From: Candidatus Shapirobacteria bacterium CG2_30_35_20
Lineage (GTDB): Bacteria; Patescibacteriota; Microgenomatia; UBA12405
Assembly (NCBI GenBank): GCA_001873665.1
Contig: MNZO01000020.1
Span: 1-37,692 of the forward strand
DNA: 37,692 nucleotides
Direction: 5' to 3'
The notes under the pieces were generated by a model. That model did no database searches and was not told the origin of the DNA. It saw nothing but the letters and a program-made list of their open reading frames with translations. The stretch's first letter is position 1. Each line of letters begins with the position of its first letter. Position numbers and translations under genes: made by a program. Of the stretch, positions 9,024 through 17,893 are shown in pieces.

Positions 9024-9556
9024 AACAAACCACCTACGCTTTTATTGATAGTCAAAATTTGAACCTAGGTACTGGCAACGATTTATATCGAAACAACAAA
9101 TTGATATATAAGGGTTGGAAATTAGATTATCAAAAATTTTTTATATTTCTAAAAGATAAATATAGAATCTCACGGGCCATTTTATTTATTGGATATATTA
9201 AAGAAAATGAAAATCTATATAAAAAACTTAAGAGTTTTGGTTATGAAATAATTTTTAAGCCTACAGTTACCGATAAAAACGGTAAGACAAAAGGTAATGT
9301 TGATGCTGAGTTAATTCTTCACTCAGCTGCCAAACTTATAGATAAATACAATAAGGCTATTATCGTATCGGGAGATGGTGATTTTTATTGTTTATATGAA
9401 TATCTAGAAGAAAAAAATAAATTAGAATCGATAATAATCCCCAACAGAAAATCTGCATCATCTCTTCTAAAAAAGTTTGAAAAATATAAATTATTAATCG
9501 AAACAAAAAAGTTAAAATTAAAATTTAGACAAAAAAATAAGGGGCGTAGCGCATAG
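9020..9556 (+). CDS. NYN-domain (PIN-like, LabA-type) putative ribonuclease
   Basis: AFIDSQNLNLG near the N-terminus, KGNVDAELIL, and AIIVSGDGDFYCL, which together match the NYN acidic-residue pattern. ATGA overlap with the upstream GT2. Confidence 0.7.
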   Translation: MKQTTYAFIDSQNLNLGTGNDLYRNNKLIYKGWKLDYQKFFIFLKDKYRISRAILFIGYIKENENLYKKLKSFGYEIIFKPTVTDKNGKTKGNVDAELILHSAAKLIDKYNKAIIVSGDGDFYCLYEYLEEKNKLESIIIPNRKSASSLLKKFEKYKLLIETKKLKLKFRQKNKGRSA

Positions 9557-9609
9557 ATACTTAATCTATGAGTCGTGTCCCTATCGTGATTAAGATAATT
9601 ATACAAAAA

Positions 9610-10737
9610 ATGAAACATATTGTCAATAAACCACACATTGTCATCGATGCCCGATTATATGGTCCAAAGCATACTGGTCTAGGTCGGTATACCAAAAATT
9701 TACTTGTCGCTTTAATCAAGTTACCTAATTTTAATAAATATAAATTTACATTGTTAATCTACCCCGAACTAAAAGCCGAGATAAAAGGAGATTTGGGCAA
9801 AAATTTTAACTACTTTATCACCAATATTCGCCACTATTCTATAATCGAACAAATTTTATTGCCCATAATTTTAAAATATTTACAACCCGATTTAGTCCAT
9901 TTTACTCATATCGACAAGCCAATATTGTATTTAAACAAATCAGTTGTCACCGTCCACGACTTAATAAAATTATTTAGTAAAGGCCAAGAAACTACCACCA
10001 AATTTATTTTATTTTACTGGATAAGATATTTTGCCTACCTGCTAATGACTCATGTAATTTTAAAAACCAGTTATGTTATCGTCCCTAGTAATTTCTGGCG
10101 CGACTATATTATCAAAAAATACCAATTTAATCCCCAAAAAATTATTACTACCTACGAGGCTGTCGACCCCAATCTTTCTCCCAAAATTGTAAATTGTAAA
10201 TTGAAAATTGAAAATTATATTCTGTATACCGGCAATCTCTATCCCCATAAAAATATAAAAATTGTTTTCCAAGCTCTACAGCAATTACCCAAATTAAAAT
10301 TAAAAATAATTAGCAAAGCCAGTGTTTTTCAAAAACGTGCTGTCAATTTGGTCAAAAAATTAAATATTTCATCTCAAGTCGAATTTTTAGGTTATGTTCC
10401 TGATAATAAATTTGCCGATATTTACCAAAATGCTCTTGCCTTAGTCCATCCGGCATTTCTTGAAGGTTTTTCTCTAACTGGGCTCGAAGCTATGGCTCAA
10501 AACTGTCCCGTTATTGCCTCAAACGCCAGCTGTCTCCCCGAAGTCTATAGTGATTCAGTCCTATATTTTGATCCATCAAAACCAAATCAACTTATCAAAC
10601 AAATCAAAAATTTACAAACTAATCCAAAACTTCGTCAACAACTAATCACCAAAGGCCATCAACAAGTCGCCAAATATTCCTGGGCTACATGTGCCAAACT
10701 TACTTTGGATTTTTATAGTAAAAGTATAAGCAATTAA
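9610..10737 (+). CDS. Glycosyltransferase, GT4 family
   Basis: YILYTGNLYPHKN and HPAFLEGFSLTGLEAMAQNCPVIASN motifs. The start could instead be ATG 9568. Confidence 0.85.
   Translation: MKHIVNKPHIVIDARLYGPKHTGLGRYTKNLLVALIKLPNFNKYKFTLLIYPELKAEIKGDLGKNFNYFITNIRHYSIIEQILLPIILKYLQPDLVHFTHIDKPILYLNKSVVTVHDLIKLFSKGQETTTKFILFYWIRYFAYLLMTHVILKTSYVIVPSNFWRDYIIKKYQFNPQKIITTYEAVDPNLSPKIVNCKLKIENYILYTGNLYPHKNIKIVFQALQQLPKLKLKIISKASVFQKRAVNLVKKLNISSQVEFLGYVPDNKFADIYQNALALVHPAFLEGFSLTGLEAMAQNCPVIASNASCLPEVYSDSVLYFDPSKPNQLIKQIKNLQTNPKLRQQLITKGHQQVAKYSWATCAKLTLDFYSKSISN
10183..10216 (+). repeat. Family A repeat, in-frame copy inside the GT4 CDS
   Basis: Exact 19-mer at 10191-10209, with an extra aaattgt unit and an extra ttgaaaa unit. 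It is translated as KIVNCKLKIENY. Confidence 0.8.
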
Positions 10738-10740
10738 TCA

Positions 10741-10788
10741 TTTTAAATTAAAAATTGATTAAAAATTTAAAATTAAAAATTAAAAATT
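10741..10788 (+). repeat. Family A repeat, intergenic copy that also forms the 5' end of a GT4 gene
   Basis: aaaattgattaaaaatttaaaattaaaaatt is nearly identical to 33334-33364 upstream of ileS. Confidence 0.75.
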
Positions 10789-11846
10789 CCCCTCGTATTG
10801 CTATCTATTACGATTGGTTAAATCAATGGGGTGGTGCTGAAAAAGTTTTATTAAACATCATAAAAATATTTCCCAATGCAGAACTTTTTACGTTATTTTA
10901 TGATAAAAATAAGTGTGATTGGTTACCCAAAAACATTAAAATCCACACCAGTTTTTTACAAAATTTACCCCAAACAAACTTTCTCACCCCCATTTACGAT
11001 ATGGCTGCCGAAAGTTTTGACTTTAAAAATTTTGATATCGTCATTTCCACAACCAGTAACGTCGGACATTGTTTACTCACTAGCCCCAATACTTTATTCG
11101 TTTGTTATTACCACAATTTAAACAGATATGTTTACATTCAACCACCCAAATTATTAATTCCACTTTTAAACATTTACAAAACAATCGATAAAATTTTAGC
11201 CAAACGACCCGATGCTACACTTTGTAATTCTTTTACTACTCAACAACGATTACTTTCTAATTTAAATATAAATTCAAAAATTATCAACCCTGGTATTGAT
11301 ACAAAATATTTTATTCCCATAAAAAACCCCACTAATGACTACTTTTTAGTTGTCGGACGACTAGTACCCCACAAAAGTGTCGATTATGTTGTTAAAACAT
11401 TTTTAACTTTAAAACAAAAGTTAATCATTGTTGGTTCTGGGCGTGACCAAAATAAATTAAAAAAAATAGCAAAAAATGCCAAAAATATTTTTTTTCTAGG
11501 TCAAGTAAACAATAACAAGTTATTATCCCTCTATCAAAATTGTTCCGCACTAATTTGCCCACAGATTGAAGATTTTGGAATCATTTCACTTGAAGCCCAA
11601 AGTTGCGGACGTCCAATAATATATTTTAATACCGGCGGAATTACTGAAACAAATATAGAAAACAAAACTGGAATTAGTTTTAACCGTCAAAATAAACAAT
11701 CGCTTTGTAATGCAATAAATAAATTTACCAAAACAAAATTTGACAACAAATTTATCAGTCAACACGCCAAAACATTTGACGAATCTATCTTCATGCTAAA
11801 CTTTAAAGAAGCAATAAATAAATTATGGAAGAACAAATCTTTGTAA
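10755..11846 (+). CDS. Glycosyltransferase, GT4 family
   Basis: N-terminal RIAIYYDWLNQWGGAEKV and C-terminal EDFGIISLEAQSCGRPIIY motifs. The only canonical start upstream of the conserved N-terminus is TTG 10755 (in-frame stop at 10749-10751). Confidence 0.8.
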   Translation: MIKNLKLKIKNSPRIAIYYDWLNQWGGAEKVLLNIIKIFPNAELFTLFYDKNKCDWLPKNIKIHTSFLQNLPQTNFLTPIYDMAAESFDFKNFDIVISTTSNVGHCLLTSPNTLFVCYYHNLNRYVYIQPPKLLIPLLNIYKTIDKILAKRPDATLCNSFTTQQRLLSNLNINSKIINPGIDTKYFIPIKNPTNDYFLVVGRLVPHKSVDYVVKTFLTLKQKLIIVGSGRDQNKLKKIAKNAKNIFFLGQVNNNKLLSLYQNCSALICPQIEDFGIISLEAQSCGRPIIYFNTGGITETNIENKTGISFNRQNKQSLCNAINKFTKTKFDNKFISQHAKTFDESIFMLNFKEAINKLWKNKSL

Positions 11847-12829
11847 TCCTCTGCGGTGGTACCGGTCCCCGACTGTGGCCTCTATCTACCACTTCCCACC
11901 CTAAACAACTATTACCCATACTGTCCGACAAAAGCCTTCTTGAACAAACCATCAGTCGGCTTACCAAAGTCACCAATTCTAAAAACATTTTTATTACCGC
12001 CAGCAATCGGAATATTAATCAAATAACCAAAATTGCCAAAAAATTTATTTCATTAGACCATATTTTTATCGAACCTGACAAAAAAAATACCGCCATGGCT
12101 ATTTATTTCACCCTATCTCAGTTCTCAAATTTAGATCCAGACACAGTGGTCTCTTTTCTCCCTTCCGATCATTTTATAACCCCAATCAATAAGTTCAAAA
12201 GCGATCTCCAAAAAGTCAGCCAAATTGCGGTGGATAATAAATCAATTGTCACCATTGGTATTCATCCCACCTCGCCCAATCCTTCATTTGGTTATATTTT
12301 AAAAAATAAAAAATTTGTCGAAAAACCCAATAAAATTCAAGCCCTAAAACATATTATAAATGGCGCCCTATGGAATTCAGGAATTTATACTGCCACTATC
12401 GGCACTTTTTTATCAGAATTTATTAAATATTTTCCCAAACCAAATTATCAAAAATCAAAACCTCTTTCTTTTGATAAAGCTATATCCGAAAAAACCAAAA
12501 ATATTGACTTCATCAAAGCCTCTTTTGATTGGAGTGATGTTGGTGAGTGGGGATCAATTTATAATAAATCAAAACCAGACTTGCAACATTTGACTATCGT
12601 CAACTCTCAAACAAAATATCTATCACAAAACAGCCACCATTGCTTAATTTCATCTGAGAATCCCAACAAATTAATTGGTCTAGTTGCTGTCAGTAACCTG
12701 GCTATTATCGATACTCCAAATGCTTTATTAATCTCCACTCTCGATCAAAGTTCACAAGTCCGCGATTTAATTATCAAAATTGTCAATAATCCAAAATTAA
12801 AACATTATTTTGTCGACGATGAAAAATAA
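11825..12829 (+). CDS. Sugar-1-phosphate nucleotidyltransferase, mannose-1-phosphate guanylyltransferase-like
   Basis: N-terminal ILCGGTGPRLWPLS nucleotide-binding motif and 334-aa length. Confidence 0.75.
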   Translation: MEEQIFVILCGGTGPRLWPLSTTSHPKQLLPILSDKSLLEQTISRLTKVTNSKNIFITASNRNINQITKIAKKFISLDHIFIEPDKKNTAMAIYFTLSQFSNLDPDTVVSFLPSDHFITPINKFKSDLQKVSQIAVDNKSIVTIGIHPTSPNPSFGYILKNKKFVEKPNKIQALKHIINGALWNSGIYTATIGTFLSEFIKYFPKPNYQKSKPLSFDKAISEKTKNIDFIKASFDWSDVGEWGSIYNKSKPDLQHLTIVNSQTKYLSQNSHHCLISSENPNKLIGLVAVSNLAIIDTPNALLISTLDQSSQVRDLIIKIVNNPKLKHYFVDDEK

Positions 12830-13481
12830 AATTATTCTTTATGATTTTCGAGTTGCCATTTTTCCCCTCGTCAAACGACTAATCGATATAATCAGTTCAC
12901 TACTTTTGCTCATTATTTTTTCCCCCATATTGATTATTGTTTCGGCAATTATAAAACTAACTTCTACTGGCCCAGTTATTTTCAAACAAAAACGAGTTGG
13001 TAAAAATGGTTTATTTTATATGTACAAATTTCGTTCTATGAGAATTGGTGATAATGACAAATTTTTGAAAGAGAAATATCCTGATTTGTGGATAAAATAC
13101 AAAAATAATGATTGGAAGCTATCTGTCAATGAAGACCCCCGAATTACCACTATTGGCAAAATAGTTCGTCAAACATCAATTGATGAAATGCCCCAATTTA
13201 TAAATGTTTTACGTGGTGAAATGAGCTTAGTTGGCCCTCGAGCGTATCGCAACGAAGAATTAAACGAATATGCCACAAAATACCCCAATACTCAAAAATA
13301 TATCGCCAATATTCGTTCTATCAAACCAGGAATTACCGGACCATGGCAAGTTTCTGGCCGGAACAATCTATCTTTTGAAAAAAGATCCAAACTTGATTCT
13401 GACTATGCCAACAACCGTTCAATATTAAACGAAATTATCATTATCATCAAAACTCCATTTGCTATGTTTTCTAATTGGTAA
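12819..13481 (+). CDS. Priming sugar-phosphate transferase (bacterial sugar transferase family, WbaP/EpsL-like)
   Basis: One N-terminal TM segment, then DEMPQFINVLRGEMSLVGPRA and PGITGPWQVSGRN motifs. I prefer ATG 12819 over the track's TTG 12810. Confidence 0.9.
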   Translation: MKNKIILYDFRVAIFPLVKRLIDIISSLLLLIIFSPILIIVSAIIKLTSTGPVIFKQKRVGKNGLFYMYKFRSMRIGDNDKFLKEKYPDLWIKYKNNDWKLSVNEDPRITTIGKIVRQTSIDEMPQFINVLRGEMSLVGPRAYRNEELNEYATKYPNTQKYIANIRSIKPGITGPWQVSGRNNLSFEKRSKLDSDYANNRSILNEIIIIIKTPFAMFSNW

Positions 13482-13497
13482 TTTGCTACAATATTTT

Positions 13498-15444
13498 ATG
13501 GAAATACCACAAGAGATAAATCAAAACCCTGTTATTAAACCCAATAAGTTAAAAATTACTAGCAACAAGAAACTGCGATTGATTTTGATTGTTTTTGGCA
13601 TAATTGTTGGCATTATAATTTTGCTCTCAACCATAACTTACGTTTTTGCCTATTTACCAGCTCAAAAACTATCAAATCAAATAAATCTCACCAAGATTGA
13701 AGCCGAAAAACTTAAACAAAACATTTCCGACAAAGATATCGCTAGTGCCAAAAATCAATTGATTACCATCCAGAGTAACCTTGACAAAGTATCGCAAAAT
13801 CTTTCAACATTTTCTTATTTTAATTACTTACCTTATTTAAAAAATTATTATCAAGATAGTCAAAGAATGGTTAAAATTGCCAACAATGGAGTCGAGATTG
13901 GAAACACCCTTATTAAGGCCATTGAACCATATCAAGATTTTCTCGGGCTAAAAGGTGCCGCCACCTCTAGTGCCAAAACCACCGAAGACAGGATTGCTTT
14001 TTTGACTCAATCTATTGAAAGTATTTTGCCCCATTTGGACTTAATTGAAACCAAAATTAAGGAAATCGATAAACTGCTTTCACAAATCGACATCACTAAA
14101 TATCCCGAAACTTACCAAAACTATAATCTCAAAAACATCTACAATCAATCCCGACAAGTAATTAGTAAAACCCAAAAACTCGTCTCCGATGGTCGACCAA
14201 TTCTCACCAAAAGTTCTTGGCTTCTTGGCAAAGATAAACCCCGCAATTACCTAGTTATTTTTCAAAATGACGGCGAGCTTCGCCCCAGTGGAGGTTTTTG
14301 GACTGCCTACGCCACGATTAAAATTGACAAAGGCAAGGTAATCCCCGGACCAGCCAGCAATATTTACGATCTTGATGATGCAATTTCCAGTACCACTCCC
14401 GCACCTCGAATTATTAAGTCGTACCATATCAATGTCCCCTACCTAAATCTTCGGGACAATAATTTATCTCCCGATTTTCCCACTGATGCCCAAATATTTT
14501 TAGATACCTTTTACAAAGCTACCAAGGGAAAAACTTCCTACGATGCTGTTATTGCCCTCGATACCAATGTTCTAGTTGATATGGTCACCATCCTGGGTAA
14601 ATTAGATACTCGTGTTGGCACGTTTACTACCAAACCCGACAAACGCTGTGACGGCTGTCCTAAAATTATTTATGATTTGGAATGGATTTCTGGACGCCCC
14701 AGAAATTTCATTGAAAAAAACCGCAAAGATTTTCTCGCCCCATTAATGTCAGCGCTTCTTAACAACGCCATGGGTGCCGGCAAAGATTATTTGCCAAAAC
14801 TAGGACAAGCATTTTTTACCAATATTTTTGAAAAACATATTCTGTTTTATTTTCCCGACTCCGATATGCAAAAAGCCGCCAACATGGCCAATATCTCAGG
14901 CAGTATCACCCAAACACCTCCCGAAATTGACTATCTCCATTTAAATGATGCTAATTTTGCCTCTGCTAAAAGCAATATTTTTATTACCCAAAAAATTAAA
15001 CACGAAATATCGGTTGCCAACAATAAAATAGAACATAAATTTGCCATTACTTACACCAACCCCTCCAAGGCTTCCAACTGCAATTTAGAAAAGGGGGATT
15101 TATGTCTCAATGCTGCCAAATATCGAAATTTGTTCAGATTGTATACCCCAATCGGTAGCAAATTAATCAAAATGACTGGCTCCGAAGTCGAACCAGTTCT
15201 TTACCAAGAGTTAGGCAAACAAGTTTTTGAAGGTTTTTATGGTGACAAATATCCACTTTATCCAGTATCGAGCAATAAAGTTACCATTCAATATCAAACT
15301 AGTGTTACCCCTCACAAAAACTACAATTTATTACTCCAAAAACAGCCAGGAACTAAGGCTATCCCCTACGAAATTTTTCTCAATGGTAAACTCATTGAGA
15401 CTTTTTCCTGGACAGGTGATAAAAATATAAAATTATCTCTGTGA
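13498..15444 (+). CDS. DUF4012-like envelope protein (N-terminal TM anchor)
   Basis: YLVIFQNDGELRPSGGFWTAYATIKI matches the DUF4012 core as I recall it. It has an N-terminal TM and coiled-coil region. ATG 13498. Confidence 0.65.
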   Translation: MEIPQEINQNPVIKPNKLKITSNKKLRLILIVFGIIVGIIILLSTITYVFAYLPAQKLSNQINLTKIEAEKLKQNISDKDIASAKNQLITIQSNLDKVSQNLSTFSYFNYLPYLKNYYQDSQRMVKIANNGVEIGNTLIKAIEPYQDFLGLKGAATSSAKTTEDRIAFLTQSIESILPHLDLIETKIKEIDKLLSQIDITKYPETYQNYNLKNIYNQSRQVISKTQKLVSDGRPILTKSSWLLGKDKPRNYLVIFQNDGELRPSGGFWTAYATIKIDKGKVIPGPASNIYDLDDAISSTTPAPRIIKSYHINVPYLNLRDNNLSPDFPTDAQIFLDTFYKATKGKTSYDAVIALDTNVLVDMVTILGKLDTRVGTFTTKPDKRCDGCPKIIYDLEWISGRPRNFIEKNRKDFLAPLMSALLNNAMGAGKDYLPKLGQAFFTNIFEKHILFYFPDSDMQKAANMANISGSITQTPPEIDYLHLNDANFASAKSNIFITQKIKHEISVANNKIEHKFAITYTNPSKASNCNLEKGDLCLNAAKYRNLFRLYTPIGSKLIKMTGSEVEPVLYQELGKQVFEGFYGDKYPLYPVSSNKVTIQYQTSVTPHKNYNLLLQKQPGTKAIPYEIFLNGKLIETFSWTGDKNIKLSL

Positions 15445-16007
15445 GTCAACAATCATTTAACACTCGGGCAATTGTTGTTAATCTTAAAAACAATCAAGAG
15501 AAAAATTTACACATAACACTATTAACCCCTACCTTAGGTAAAATAGTTGCTCTTGCTGTCGGGGCAAAATCACTCAAATCATCTCGAAACCAAAGTCTTC
15601 AATTGGGTAATATTGTCAACGTCTCCCTTTACCAAAAAAACAACTACTATTGGCTAACCGAGTGCCAAAGCATCATTTCTTTTCTCCAAATCAACCATCA
15701 ATTAATTCAACTAAACCTCTTATTTTATTTTTTAGAAATTATCAAAAACTTTGCTCCTCAAAACGAGGCTTCACCACAACTTTTTGAATTATCATCAGCC
15801 GCAATTTCTAGTCTCTACCACAACCACTGGCCAAAATTCATCAAAAATCAAATTGATATATTAAACACTTTAGGTTTTGGCGCCCCAGACACTTTACAGC
15901 AAAATTATTTTGACAAAAACTATCAGCTCGCCCAACAACAATTAATATTATATTTCGAATCCATTCTCCAAAAACCCCTCGCCTCCCACCAATTGTTAAC
16001 AAAATAA
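15441..16007 (+). CDS. recO: DNA repair protein RecO (short form)
   Basis: N-terminal OB-like region with AVGAKSLKSSRNQSLQLGN (compare the AKGARS.KS...LQP pattern) and a helical C-terminal region. GTG start overlaps the upstream TGA. Confidence 0.6.
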   Translation: MSQQSFNTRAIVVNLKNNQEKNLHITLLTPTLGKIVALAVGAKSLKSSRNQSLQLGNIVNVSLYQKNNYYWLTECQSIISFLQINHQLIQLNLLFYFLEIIKNFAPQNEASPQLFELSSAAISSLYHNHWPKFIKNQIDILNTLGFGAPDTLQQNYFDKNYQLAQQQLILYFESILQKPLASHQLLTK

Positions 16008-16035
16008 TACACTTTTTATATTCCGCTACTAGTTT

Positions 16036-16044
16036 TGCTATAAT
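16036..16044 (+). promoter_or_regulatory. Extended -10 (TGcTATAAT), 5 nt upstream of the glyQS ATG
   Basis: tgctataat followed by tctct then ATG 16050. There is no SD-like motif. Confidence 0.55.
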
Positions 16045-16049
16045 TCTCT

Positions 16050-17369
16050 ATGTCAAAAAACAACCAAAATAATCTCACGACCAAAATAGTTTCGCTGTGT
16101 AAACGTCGTGGCATAATTTTTCAAAACAGTGAAATATATGGTGGAATCCAGGGGTTTTATGATTATGGTCCGATCGGCTCTTTAATGAAAAACAACTGGA
16201 AAAACTTATGGTTAAGAGAAAACATTCAAAAACGTGACGATGTTGTTTTAATTGATGGGTCGATTATTACCCATCCGACTGTTTGGCAAGCTTCTGGTCA
16301 TGTCAAAAATTTTGCCGATATTATGGTCGAATGCAAATCTTGCCACAAACGCTTTCGTCCCGATTTAATTGATAATGCCACAAAATGCCCGAAATGTGGG
16401 GGAGAATTTACTGAAGGTAAAAAATACAATATTTTATTTGAAACCAATGTTGGTGTTATCGAAAGTGAAAAAACACACACTTATTTACGCGGTGAAGCTT
16501 GCCAAACAATTTATCTAGACTTTAAAAACATCATCGACTCCACTCGTGTCAAAATTCCATTTGGCATTGCCCAAATTGGAAAAGCTTTTAGAAACGAAAT
16601 TACCCCAAAAAATTTCCTTTATCGCACTCGCGAATTTGAACAATGGGATATTCAATATTTTTGCCATCCCACCGATATGGACAAGTTTTATGAATATTGG
16701 AAACAAAATCGCATGGAATGGTACCAATCATTATTTAACAACAAAAAAGATTTAAGATTCCGACAGCACGAAAAAGATGAATTAGCCTTTTACGCCAAAA
16801 AGGCGTTTGACATTGAATATAATGCTCCCTGGGGCTGGGCTGAAATGGAAGGTATTCATTGGCGTTCAGATTATGATTTAACTCAACATCAAACTTTTTC
16901 AAAACAAGACTTATCTTATCGTGACCCAGTTACCAACGAAAAATATTTACCCCACATTGTCGAAACCAGTGGAGGAGTTGATCGTTCTTTTTTCTTTTTA
17001 TTACTTGACGCCTATAGAGAAGAAACTAATGAAAAAGGTGAAATACGTATTTCACTAAAAATTAATCCAAAAGTTTCTGCCTACAAAATGGCAATATTTC
17101 CATTAGCTGCCAATAAACCAGAGTTAGTTGATAAGGCTATAAATTTATACAAATCATTAAAATCAAAATATTCAGTTGATTTTGACGACAGTAGTAATAT
17201 CGGCAAAAAATATCGCCGCCATGACGAAATTGGCACCCCTTGGTGCGTCGTTGTTGATTATCAAACATTGGAAGATAAAACTATTTCTATTCGCGATCGA
17301 GACACTATGGAACAAATTCGTCTACCCATTAGCCAAATTGACGTTTGGTTGGCAAATAAACTACAATAA
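16050..17369 (+). CDS. glyQS: Glycine--tRNA ligase (class II, alpha2 GlyQS type)
   Basis: 439 aa with RGIIFQNSEIYGG, GKAFRNEITP, FRTREFEQ and ETSGGVDR motifs. Confidence 0.95.
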   Translation: MSKNNQNNLTTKIVSLCKRRGIIFQNSEIYGGIQGFYDYGPIGSLMKNNWKNLWLRENIQKRDDVVLIDGSIITHPTVWQASGHVKNFADIMVECKSCHKRFRPDLIDNATKCPKCGGEFTEGKKYNILFETNVGVIESEKTHTYLRGEACQTIYLDFKNIIDSTRVKIPFGIAQIGKAFRNEITPKNFLYRTREFEQWDIQYFCHPTDMDKFYEYWKQNRMEWYQSLFNNKKDLRFRQHEKDELAFYAKKAFDIEYNAPWGWAEMEGIHWRSDYDLTQHQTFSKQDLSYRDPVTNEKYLPHIVETSGGVDRSFFFLLLDAYREETNEKGEIRISLKINPKVSAYKMAIFPLAANKPELVDKAINLYKSLKSKYSVDFDDSSNIGKKYRRHDEIGTPWCVVVDYQTLEDKTISIRDRDTMEQIRLPISQIDVWLANKLQ

Positions 17370-17372
17370 AAT

Positions 17373-17891
17373 ATGAAAAAACAATTCTCTCTTTCTCGGT
17401 TATCTGTTATCTGTTTACTGTCATCAGTGTTTGTTCTTTCCTCTTGTGGTGCCAAAAAAACAATTTCAACTGCGACCCCCACCCCCATCCCCCGAGAATT
17501 AGTTATCACCGATGATCAAAAACCCACCATCAAGCTTACCCCACGTCAAGATGGTCACGAATTAACCCTAACCATCTCCCAGATAAACTCCTTGTTTATC
17601 AAAATAGAGTACGAATTGATATACACTGCTGTCGATGGTGGTCTGGAAATCGAAAAAGGGGTTAGTGGTAATATCGAAAGCAAAGATATACTTAATGGTA
17701 CCGCCGAAAGAAAAATATTATTAGGCACCGAAAGTTGTACCAACGGATGTAAATATAAATACGATTCTGGTATCAATGGCGGATCACTTAATTTAACCTT
17801 AATTACCGAAGACAATCAGGTAGCATCACTTGAAATGCCATTCACCCTAACTTCAAGTAAGGGTAAAAACTTTACTATCACATTTAGATAA
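17373..17891 (+). CDS. Hypothetical lipoprotein
   Basis: Signal peptide with lipobox VLSSCG, followed by a Thr/Pro linker. Confidence 0.65.
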   Translation: MKKQFSLSRLSVICLLSSVFVLSSCGAKKTISTATPTPIPRELVITDDQKPTIKLTPRQDGHELTLTISQINSLFIKIEYELIYTAVDGGLEIEKGVSGNIESKDILNGTAERKILLGTESCTNGCKYKYDSGINGGSLNLTLITEDNQVASLEMPFTLTSSKGKNFTITFR

Positions 17892-17893
17892 CT

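Noticed and set aside
9552-9570. A 7-bp hairpin (catagat-actta-atctatg) after the NYN gene, considered as a terminator.
   Set aside because: There is no downstream T-run, and it overlaps the alternative ATG 9568 of the next gene. I only mention it as context for the NYN finding.
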